Shown here: positions 10,583 through 20,108 of the stretch, in pieces
Layout of the letters: every line of letters starts with the position of its first letter
Numbering within the stretch: the stretch's first letter is position 1
From: Ginkgo biloba
Lineage: Eukaryota > Plantae > Ginkgophyta
Length of the DNA stretch: 20,108 bases
Assembly: GCA_024626585.2 (NCBI GenBank)
Contig: JANKJI020000002.1
Span: 160,273,795 to 160,293,902, forward strand
Reading direction: 5' to 3'
Notes under the pieces: model-generated
What the model was told of the DNA's origin: nothing
Seen by the model: only the letters and a program-made list of their open reading frames with translations
Database searches by the model: none
Position numbers and translations under genes: made by a program

Positions 10583-10863
10583 NNNNNNNNNNNNNNNNNN
10601 NNNNNNNNNNNGTTGTAGATTCCTTGTGGTAAAGTGCCCTTGATCATAGGGCTTATTTGCTATATTTGCAATCATTAATGGTGCAATAATGATTTATAAT
10701 TATTATATACATGCTTCATACACATTTTGAAATTTTCCCCTACCTTTACTGAAGAAACCCTTATGATGTTTAGGGCAGTTATGGCTCTAACCAGAGACTA
10801 TATGGGGGATATGAAGCCTTGACTTAGGCACCTCTTCTTGAGGATTCCTTTTAGCCCTTGCAT

Positions 10864-10990
10864 CAGTGTTGTCAAATGTGTGTCCTTAACAGGCAGGGTA
10901 CCCATATCCGAGACATACTCGATACGGTCAGGCCACACCCAACCGTACCCTAGTGCCATCCCCTTGTCCCCACGAGGGCATCCCAAGGTC
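10864..10990. mobile_element. Possible hAT-type DNA transposon end
   Basis: Begins CAGTGTTGTCAAA, followed by a GC-rich patch with recurring GTACCC, GTCCCC and CATCCC words resembling subterminal repeats. No partner TIR or TSD was found. Confidence 0.3.
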
Positions 10991-11366
10991 CGTAGCTTAC
11001 TCTCAATTTGTGCAGATAGAAAATTCGCAAGGGGCCAGAAGATATTATATAGAAGCTTGTAGTTTAGATCTTATAGGTAGATAATGATCGTAATGATATA
11101 ATTGATCTAAAATTTGATGCGGTTAAAGTTTGGATGACTAAGAAAGACTGAAATGAATTGCAAACTCTCTTTGATGAGCTTGACAAACAACTTAGCAAGA
11201 AAGAGCACTTCTCGATAGATATTCACCTATGGCATACTTAAGAAATGAAGCAGATCAAAAACCATGNNNNNNNNNNNNNNNNNNNNNNNNNNNNNNNNNN
11301 NNNNNNNNNNNNNNNNNNNNNNNNNNNNNNNNNNNNNNNNNNNNNNNNNNNNNNNNNNNNNNNNNN

Positions 11367-11455
11367 CTAAATCCTAAATTAAAACCTAATCTAAAGCTTA
11401 AGTCCTAAAATTAATCTAAAATCATATCTAAATCCCCTAGCCTAAATACTACATT
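11367..11455 (+). repeat. Low-complexity (C)CTAAA-type degenerate repeat
   Basis: Multiple CTAAA and CCTAA words (ctaaatcctaaattaaaacctaatctaaag...). Confidence 0.45.
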
Positions 11456-11870
11456 AAATAAAATTCAAAAGAAAACATTAAATAAAAATCGAATAAAATA
11501 AAATCAAAACAAAGAAAAGGAAATCAAAGCGATGAAGGGAAGAAAAAAACGATTGGGCTTCACATAACGGAACCCATTGGACACCCGAAGCCATGGGAAC
11601 CCATTTGAATCTATGAACCAGACATTCATCAATAGGGACCATCTGCAAATCTTGATCATCAACCAATCTATCAACAGAATCCATACATTATCCACCGACC
11701 ATCCATACAATCTATCTCTGCTTGCTGCTAGACGTTGGCACTAGAATCCAATTAGCAACCAACATTCCCAATCGGAGCAAATCCCTGCAAGCTCAATCGG
11801 AGGTATGCTAACGGTTTGGAGCAGAGTCAGGTAGTTAATATGGATTTACAATTCAAATTTTCTTAGCGTA

Positions 11871-12430
11871 CAAGTACATAAATGTATCTACTAAGAAATG
11901 ACCTCTCATATCATACCCTAGAAGATAGAACTCAGCTCTCTCATATAGATTCCACGTTCTCTCTCTTTCTCTCTCTTCATTAATGCAAATGATGTCTTTT
12001 CCAAGTCAAATGACAAACTTTGACTTTTCATTGATTGCTTTGACCCTTCATTTAATAACTCATTTTAAGGGTGATAAATGAGCTTTTATTATGCTCAATT
12101 AATGTGCCATTTAATCTCTTTACTTAATGTAAATTTTGCTCATCCTTATTGTATGGATCAGTATATTCCGTACTCTACAGAATCCATATTGTATAAATGG
12201 GAGTATTAACAACTGTACCAACAATCCGTATAGATAGTTTGTGTAGTCTGTACAAACAATTAATGCCATGCTTACTGCTGACATGTCTATACTTTGTTCT
12301 ACCACATCATTATTTAGCCTGCCACATCGTTATTTATCATGCCATGTTGACACAACTTCAACTTCATCATTATTGTTTCCCACTATTAGTTTTGTTGCAT
12401 CGATGACATGTTTCCAAAATCTTGCTAACA
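11871..12430 (-). repeat. LTR copy 1 (begins TGTTAGCAAGA on the minus strand, distal part truncated or diverged)
   Basis: Aligns colinearly with 12805-13362. Shared blocks include cttttccaagtcaaat, acttttcattgattgct, gacccttcatttaat, cttttattatgctcaattaatgtgccattt and atcttgctaa. Confidence 0.75.
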
Positions 12431-12681
12431 TCTCACCGAACACTATTATCTTTGGAGGTATCTACCATGCCCCCTTACCCACGAACAATATTTTAGACTC
12501 CTTTAATACGTCGCTTCCCCGTATATTATGTGTAACATTCATCCTTGCTTTATGTCTTGGTAGTTCTATGCTCACTATTCTNNNNNNNNNNNNNNNNNNN
12601 NNNNNNNNNNNNNNNNNNNNNNNNNNNNNNNNNNNNNNNNNNNNNNNNNNNNNNNNNNNNNNNNNNNNNNNNNNNNNNNNN

Positions 12682-13362
12682 CATTGGTATTCATACACAA
12701 AAATTAGGGCATGCATTCATCATAAATAAGCATCATAGTACACTACACAAACATCAATACACGAGGATTAGGATAGAATACTTCATTTATTACTTCATTA
12801 ATGACAATACATGAATATATCTACTAAGGAATGACCTATCACATCAAACCTTAGAAGATAGAATTCGACTCTCACATCGAGATTCCTCGGTCTCTCTCAT
12901 ATTTATACCTTGTCTCTCTTCATAAATACAAATAACAAGTCTTTTCCAAGTCAAATAACATAACCTTTTACTTTTCATTGATTGCTATGACCCTTCATTT
13001 AATGACTCTTTTTTAGGGTAATAAATTCACTTTTATTATGCTCAATTAATGTGCCATTTCATGTCCTTATTTAATACGAATTCTTCTTGTCCCTACCACA
13101 CAGATCCATGCAATCCATATAGTCCATATGGATTTGCATAGATGACCGTCTGTTCAGTCTGCATGCAATGTGCACATAGGTGGCATCATCCTTGTTAGTG
13201 ACATGTTTGTGCTTTATTCTGCCACATCATTATTTAGACTGCCACATCATTATCTAACCTACCGTGCCATTATTTAGCGTACCACGTTATCTTCATCATC
13301 ACTATTGTTTCTTGCTATCCATTTTACTACATTGATGCCATGTCACCAATATCTTGCTAATA
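12682..13362 (-). repeat. LTR copy 2 of the same family, near full length
   Basis: Direct-orientation homologue of 11871-12430. Its terminus reads TATTAGCAAGA (TG mutated to TA). It has a TATA-like GTATAAATA on the minus strand near 12900 and internal gccacatcattat subrepeats. Confidence 0.75.
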
Positions 13363-14405
13363 AGGCATTGAGCTTTTGAGGCACCACTTTGCTCATCTAC
13401 AGAAATAGGTTATTATACAACTTGCAATTTGAGGGTCTAGCTTCTAAGGCACCACTCTTGTGCATGCTTTTAAGGCTTGGATTCTTTCAAAGTTGCAAAC
13501 GTGAAACTATAGACTTGCTTGTAACAGGATGTGAACTCTTTTGTAGTGCTAGTTGGAAAGGTGGCTCTATCCTGATCAGTTCTCAAAGTACATCTTTCCT
13601 CAAAGACTTGCCTTTTCTTAAGAGCTTGGAAGAAATGCTTTGTCTATCTCCAACCTCCAACCACTTGATTTTGGCCCAAATTTGGGCACTTTTTGTTTTT
13701 CTATATTCACTAACCTTGGTAACATGAATGTGTTTTGCATCTCTAGTTTAGAGACTCTAATTAAAGCACATGGCTTCTATAAGATCTTGAAGCACATCCT
13801 TGTCTATTTTTCTTCTAAAGGTTACCACTTGCCTACTAAAACATCTAAGATACAAGGTTGTGTTAGCAACCAATGCACTCTACCAATCAATTCAACCTTC
13901 CTTGCCCGTGGGTTTGTGGAATAAGATTCCAAATTCTTTTGATGCTTTTAGAAGATTAGAAATGACATTATTTTCAATCATGCAAATATTTCTAATATAT
14001 GCCCTCATATCTTTGTCATGTCTTTTGTAAAATTTCCTATTCAGATCAACACACAAATGGTCCCACACAATAGAGGTTGATCATATTTGTGATGCTTATT
14101 TGGATTTTATAAGCTGAGAGTATCACTGATCTTCCTTCTATTAAAATAGCAAGATAGAATTATCGACCGCAAAGGAGCACTCAACTTGGCCAATGTTGAC
14201 ACCAAGTAGCTCTTGGACACTTCCTTATGGATTCAACTCATTTACCTTTTATTCCAGATAAAGTCCGATCCTAGTAGCAGTATGCAGTTAGGAAAGGAAC
14301 TCTTCTCTACTTCTAATTTGATGTATTATTCACTTATGTTGTGGGTCTTGACTTCAAGCCATCTTGTTCCCCTTTTTGTTTCACTTCAAATGATCTTCCT
14401 TTTTA
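13363..14405 (-). mobile_element. LINE (L1-clade) ORF2 remnant: endonuclease C-terminal part and linker
   Basis: Minus strand 13610-13690 gives AQIWAKIKWLEVGDR/(frameshift)TKHFFQALKKRQ, matching the conserved L1 ORF2 motif SRxxWLxxGDxNTKFFH. Weaker DH-like motif near 14060. Boundaries are approximate. Confidence 0.6.
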
Positions 14406-15470
14406 NNNNNNNNNNNNNNNNNNNNNNNNNNNNNNNNNNNNNNNNNNNNNNNNNNNNNNNNNNNNNNNNNNNNNNNNNNNNNNNNNNNNNNNNNNNNNNN
14501 NNNNNNNNNNNNNNNNNNNNNNNNNNNNNNNNNNNNNNNNNNNNNNNNNNNNNNNNNNNNNNNNNNNNNNNNNNNNNNNNNNNNNNNNNNNNNNNNNNNN
14601 NNNNNNNNNNNNNNNNNNNNNNNNNNNNNNNNNNNNNNNNNNNNNNNNNNNNNNNNNNNNNNNNNNNNNNNNNNNNNNNNNNNNNNNNNNNNNNNNNNNN
14701 NNNNNNNNNNNNNNNNNNNNNNNNNNNNNNNNNNNNNNNNNNNNNNNNNNNNNNNNNNNNNNNNNNNNNNNNNNNNNNNNNNNNNNNNNNNNNNNNNNNN
14801 NNNNNNNNNNNNNNNNNNNNNNNNNNNNNNNNNNNNNNNNNNNNNNNNNNNNNNNNNNNNNNNNNNNNNNNNNNNNNNNNNNNNNNNNNNNNNNNNNNNN
14901 NNNNNNNNNNNNNNNNNNNNNNNNNNNNNNNNNNNNNNNNNNNNNNNNNNNNNNNNNNNNNNNNNNNNNNNNNNNNNNNNNNNNNNNNNNNNNNNNNNNN
15001 NNNNNNNNNNNNNNNNNNNNNNNNNNNNNNNNNNNNNNNNNNNNNNNNNNNNNNNNNNNNNNNNNNNNNNNNNNNNNNNNNNNNNNNNNNNNNNNNNNNN
15101 NNNNNNNNNNNNNNNNNNNNNNNNNNNNNNNNNNNNNNNNNNNNNNNNNNNNNNNNNNNNNNNNNNNNNNNNNNNNNNNNNNNNNNNNNNNNNNNNNNNN
15201 NNNNNNNNNNNNNNNNNNNNNNNNNNNNNNNNNNNNNNACTTTTCCCATTGGTTTTATTATTATTGTTACTTTTCTTCTCGTCATTTTTCTTACTTGCTT
15301 GGACCTTCAACTTTTCAATTTGCTCCATAAGTTTCTTGATTTTTGAATCCCTTATTTTTTCCTTTGCTTTGGGGTTCTCAAATTGCTTGGTATCTATCTC
15401 AAAGTTCCAACAGGACGGATCTCCACCAACGGAATATCTTTCGCATTGACCGAATCATAATTACTCTTTA

Positions 15471-15660
15471 AAGTCAACTGACGTCACCCCTTGTATCTTA
15501 AGTCAATTATGCCATGTTGACCAAGTTTGACTGCATCTTGAATGTGCCTTATAGTCGATTGACGTCATCATCAATGATGTGTACTCTTTAAGTGAACTAA
15601 CAACATTAACCAATGTTGACTGCATCATAAGTGCTTTCTAAAGTCGACTGACGTTATCAT
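15471..15660 (+). repeat. Imperfect tandem repeat of about 80-90 bp (about 2.3 copies)
   Basis: agtcRaYtgacgtYa recurs near 15472, 15553 and 15642. The word accaa..ttgactgcatc occurs twice between these. Confidence 0.7.
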
Positions 15661-16073
15661 TAATTGCGATTATACTTCCTCAACATTAAATGAGATTATC
15701 TACAAGCCTTTAACTAGGTTTGCACCTTTCATCCATAGATTTCTCTTTTGGAAGCCCTCATGACAACCTCAACAAAATGCCTAATAAACATTATTGGCAA
15801 TAGAATTAAAATGGAAAGGATCAATAACCACAATAGCCATAGAGGACCCACTTCATAATACACTTCGGGCATAAATTTGCAAGCTTGCTTTGGCACCATT
15901 ATCACCAAAGACTCCTAGGACAACAAACACAACAATTCTTTGCTTGCAGATGTAAATGAGAGTCCATAATGAGTAGACTTTCCATTTTGATAGAGAAACA
16001 ACTGTACAGGGCGGCATTAGAATGTGCCTAGGCAAAGTAACTCCCCACTACCAAGATATTATGATTCAAAATT

Positions 16074-16131
16074 TCATAGCACTTCCTTTGCAGCAATCAT
16101 AGCACTTCCTTCGCAGAAATCATAGCACTTC
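16074..16131 (+). repeat. 23-bp tandem repeat (2.5 copies)
   Basis: tcatagcacttc at 16074, 16097 and 16120; unit tcatagcacttccttYgcagMaa. Confidence 0.85.
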
Positions 16132-16695
16132 AAAATTTCAAAGTGCAAGTTGGCCTTACGGTAACCCTAGGCAATGGAGTCCAAATTGCCGCAAGGGATG
16201 TTGCCCTTAGGATCCCACCAAGAAGACCCTAGAACAACAATATAGATTTTGGTCCTAAACCTACCAATCAAACAAGGCTTATTTTTAGGCCAATTATGTA
16301 ACTTTTTCATAAGATTATCGACTTCTTCTAATATGACCCGGATCAACTTCATTGACGCAGATTTTGAGGGCTTCCACCTTAATAACAGGTCTATCAAAAC
16401 AAAACAAAGAATTCAAACATCATAAAAAATTTGCTCAAAAGCTCTCATAGATATGCTCATCGCTACCCACCATACAACTTTGGGTATCAAAGGCATCAAG
16501 TGCCAAGTTATTAAATCAGAAAAATCGATGCCTGAGCAAACATGTGGTTGTTTGATGCATCTCACTTTGGCCGTCAGATGAAGAAAGGGAATAGANNNNN
16601 NNNNNNNNNNNNNNNNNNNNNNNNNNNNNNNNNNNNNNNNNNNNNNNNNNNNNNNNNNNNNNNNNNNNNNNNNNNNNNNNNNNNNNNNNNNNNNN

Positions 16696-16937
16696 CGACC
16701 ATGTCGGTCCTTGCCTTCCTTTACCTCTTTGACAGTTGTCAGTTCTTTCAACTCTGCCAACTAATGTATGTCGGTTCACTACCACCTGATGCTCGTCATT
16801 TTTCTTCTCTACTGACGCGGTCAATTTCCTTCTCTACTGTCGAGGTCAATTTTCCCCCCATCCGATGCTCGTCGACCCACCGACACAGTGAGCACTAGAT
16901 GCTCCTGCATTAGAGTCAATGGTGGGTATGCTCTAAC
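16696..16937 (-). repeat. Probable LTR 5' portion with GTCGG/GTCGA-rich words
   Basis: Recurrent tgtcgg and gtcga words. The region ends ...gctctaaca (TGTTAGAGC on the minus strand), preceded on that strand by purine-rich GAGGTGA. Confidence 0.3.
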
Positions 16938-17712
16938 ATCACCTCATATTTCAAATCTCTATAGACCAAGGATGAGTCTCCTTACACTAGAAGGTTTCTA
17001 GTACCTTTATTACTAGCCAACTTTAGACCTTTGGCAAAAGCTCACTATTTGATGTTGTGCCAAGGCCCTATGCATAATAGAGAGTTCTTACATAATCCCA
17101 CATATAAAGCACTCCTCTAACCCCCTCCCTTCTTAGATTTTTTCAAGAAGCTCCATTAAATCTTAGTTTTCAAATCCTTCTGAGATGAAATATATATCCT
17201 TAGTAGATGACTTGGAGTAACCATTTTTTTAAATTTAAAAAATGATTATAGATTAAAGATGGAACAAATCAATATATCACCATTAGAATAGTCTGTATAT
17301 ATTTCTTTTCCCTTAGGAAAAAAAGCTAGAAGAAACTCCTTCAATAATTCTCTAATCTTGATCCATGTTCTTTCTAGAACAACAATCCCTTCTATAAAGA
17401 TTACCCCATTCCTTGATAATCAAATTGCTTTATAAACTAAACAAGATAGATTTTTCCATAATAATTTGCATACCCATTTTCCTTTAAGACTAGTGGAATA
17501 TTGATGCAATGAACTGAATATGATTCGCGTAATAAGAATCCTTAAAAGAGAGGAAGCAAAGGAAAAATTAGTTCGCATAAAGGAAATTAAGCCTGCTACA
17601 AGTGTCTAATCAATCCAAATAGGTAGTATAGGTTAGGGTGGCCTCAATAACATGGGTCTAAAGCTAAGATTTAGATCCAACAGTAAACATATGCTCTCAA
17701 AATGCTTTGGCA

Positions 17713-18398
17713 TGTGAACACAGACAGAGTTGTGCCTTTCACCTAAGCACTATGACTTTTCCTTTGAGGGTTGTGCCCTTTTTTAATAAAGGGTCATGTT
17801 TTCTCCTCAAGATAAAATTGAAGACTTTTGGCTCGCATTTATGTAAACTTCACACATACATCTCTATTACACAAAAATTGAAAGTTGGCTTGACCTGCAT
17901 GGGATAAGATTACGATAATAAATTTGATTCCAACCAATAACAAGAGAAAGAATCTAACCAAAAGACAAAGAAAAAAATCTAAAAGCCAAAGAGAAAAGAT
18001 TTAGAACTTCAAACTTAGAACATAACATTAATGGAGAATAATTCATGTATGAATACAATGCCCAAGAGTTCCTTATAAAGGATATCCAAAGTTCTTAAGA
18101 TAAAGGGAAGAGTCATGCAAACATTCTCGTGCACCATGCATGTTCTAAGGAAGCATGCTTATGCACCCTCATGCAAAGTGAAGTAACTGTAGAGTACTAA
18201 AGGGTCTTATCCATGTAAGAGGGCATTTGAACCAATGAGACTATGTTAACTAATAAGAGAAACCAATGATAGAGAAAACTCCTATTTAATAACTAATAAA
18301 AAGGGAATTATCCTCACATAGGATTCCCTTTGGCCATAGTCCTATAAAGACTAGACTCCCATGGGACCAAGTGTTAACCCCCCTTGTGTCCTATGACA
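17713..18398 (-). repeat. Possible solo LTR
   Basis: Minus strand starts TGTCATAGGACACAAGGGGG and could end GTTCACA (17713) or GTTTACA (17842). It has a TATA-like element near 18075 followed by a T-rich stretch. No matching TSD was found. Confidence 0.3.
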
Positions 18399-18528
18399 CA
18401 TCAAATAATTACTATCTCAAATGTTTAANNNNNNNNNNNNNNNNNNNNNNNNNNNNNNNNNNNNNNNNNNNNNNNNNNNNNNNNNNNNNNNNNNNNNNNN
18501 NNNNNNNNNNNNNNNNNNNNNNNNNNNN

Positions 18529-19069
18529 TTCATATACTTGATAAGTAGTTTTGGGACCGAGTTCAAGAATGGTGTATGCACTGGTGTGTAAAATTCTTCA
18601 TATGTTTTGTCGATCAACCAGTGATTTCGTAGCGCAATATCCCAACAATACTTCTCATAGACTTTCTCCCACCACTCCTGTGTGTTTTGCTTCGATTTCT
18701 TGGGGTCTAGCAATTTTCCTTGTCGGTCGATTACAACCCTATTGGTGAGTACTCCTAATACTTCCTGGTTGCGTCGTTCTTGACTTGCTCCCTTAGTTGT
18801 CGATGGTTTGCTCTTACATGCACTAGCTATTTCTGAGAGACTATCCATGCATAGATCTTGGTCGAGGTGCTGACGATGAATTCCTCATGGATGTTAGAGA
18901 AAAATTTATCTTCTACATATTTTATTGAGATGTCGTGTTGTTGAGCATAAAATCGAATGTAGCTGTTGCTCTTCTTGAACCAACACGTTGATATCTCGTT
19001 GTATAGTGGATCTTCTTCTATCAATGTCAGTTTTTTTGAGTCTGTCGTTGTCGTTCTAGATGATGACAT
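18529..19069 (-). pseudogene. Frameshifted ORF of an unrecognised protein, probably TE-associated
   Basis: Two overlapping minus-strand ORFs, 18827-19069 (80 aa) and 18848 to the gap (about 106 aa), with protein-like composition, e.g. EWWEKVYEKYCWDIALRNHWLIDKTYEEFY. Confidence 0.35.
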
Positions 19070-20108
19070 TACTTCTTGTTGTCGATTTCACCTTTTACTC
19101 CTTTTCATCAGTGATCCACCTCTTTGTCAGATTTCATCCTCGTCTGTCAGGGTAAGTTCAAGACCTTCTCATTCCCTCCCATCGGTGATATGGGTTCATT
19201 CATTCGCATCGACACCAAATGTTAAGCATATTATTGCCTAACGGTTGTACAGTGTTATTCCCTACTCTAACCATAGATATAAGTCATTCATATTACATGT
19301 ATTCACATAGATCACTATGCACAGTTGTGTGAGAAATCATCTAATCCTTATATTATCTAAGATATACAAGTATAACTATTACAAGTGTATTACTAGACAA
19401 GTATTACATCATACATTCACATGATATTGCCAATTACCTCTATCCTATCAAACTTCTACTATTTATATAATATGCAAATAATTAAGATAGTCGACACAAA
19501 AGTTATAGCACACAGGTAATGTTAAAGACTTATGTTAGTGAAGATCCTGTCAATGGATCTCAGTTGATTTCGGGTTCCTCCATCAATGTCAGTGAGAGAC
19601 CTTGGTTGATGCTAGTCTATGTCAATGTTGGTGAAAACTAATCTAACATTCGTTAGTGGAACAAATCATGTCAGCGTAGGTCCAAGGTAACTCCATCTTC
19701 CGTCGGTGGACTAATTCATGCCGATGTCGATGATGAGTCCCTATCAGTATCAGTTGAGATCAATCTTACATTAGTCAGTTAACCAACTCCTATCGGTGTT
19801 GCTCTGGGTCAATTTAGACATTTGTCAGTATCCTCATCCAGTAGACTGGTATTCACACTTTCTATAACTCTTCAATTAATTCATAATATATTTGAGCTAG
19901 TGGTTAAGTAAGGAAAGTCTAATCATTTATACCTTTCCAAATCCCTCTTTGTAACTTGCCACTTAGATGCTCATAATGAATTCAACCAATGGCATAATGT
20001 TATGGTGAATAAATTCAAGTCTCAACTTTCTATATTTAGTAACATGAAATAGGAGTGACTCTCTTCTCCATAAGTATCCTATAAATTGACAATGTCACCC
20101 TTGCCTAT

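Noticed and set aside
11367-11455. Interstitial telomere array
   Set aside because: There are no perfect tandem CCCTAAA units, so it is kept only as low-complexity sequence.
13389-14030. Cluster of plus-strand ORFs
   Set aside because: They are antisense to the LINE remnant and have no recognisable motifs.
14213-15346. Long ORFs of 299-377 aa in the ORF track
   Set aside because: They are artefacts of translating through the 833-N gap. The same applies to the other X-containing ORFs.
16074-16131. CRISPR-like short repeats
   Set aside because: These are head-to-tail tandem copies without unique spacers, there are no cas genes, and the context is eukaryotic.
16940-17560. Possible LINE 3' region remnant on the minus strand
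   Set aside because: Only vague Trp-containing fragments; no motif I could defend.

Overview
This is AT-rich eukaryotic draft sequence, most likely from a large-genome land plant (gymnosperm-like is my inference from the repeat and TOM20 motifs). It is broken by 14 N-gaps, 9 of them exactly 100 N, which probably mark joins of unknown size, so adjacency across them is unreliable. The only confidently recognisable host coding sequence is one 79-nt minus-strand exon (2348-2426) of plant TOM20, the mitochondrial import receptor. The rest is mostly decayed transposable elements: a Ty3/gypsy integrase core, two chromovirus integrase/chromodomain ends with PPT and LTR start, a non-chromovirus RT/RNase H fragment, a probable accessory ORF, a LINE ORF2 remnant, two diverged copies of one LTR, and short tandem repeats. 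I found no well-supported novel biological system. The best leads are candidate alternative exons around TOM20, an unrecognised Trp-rich degenerate ORF (18529-19069) and an intron-containing degenerate gene (10199-10582). All family calls come from motif recognition by eye, not database searches.
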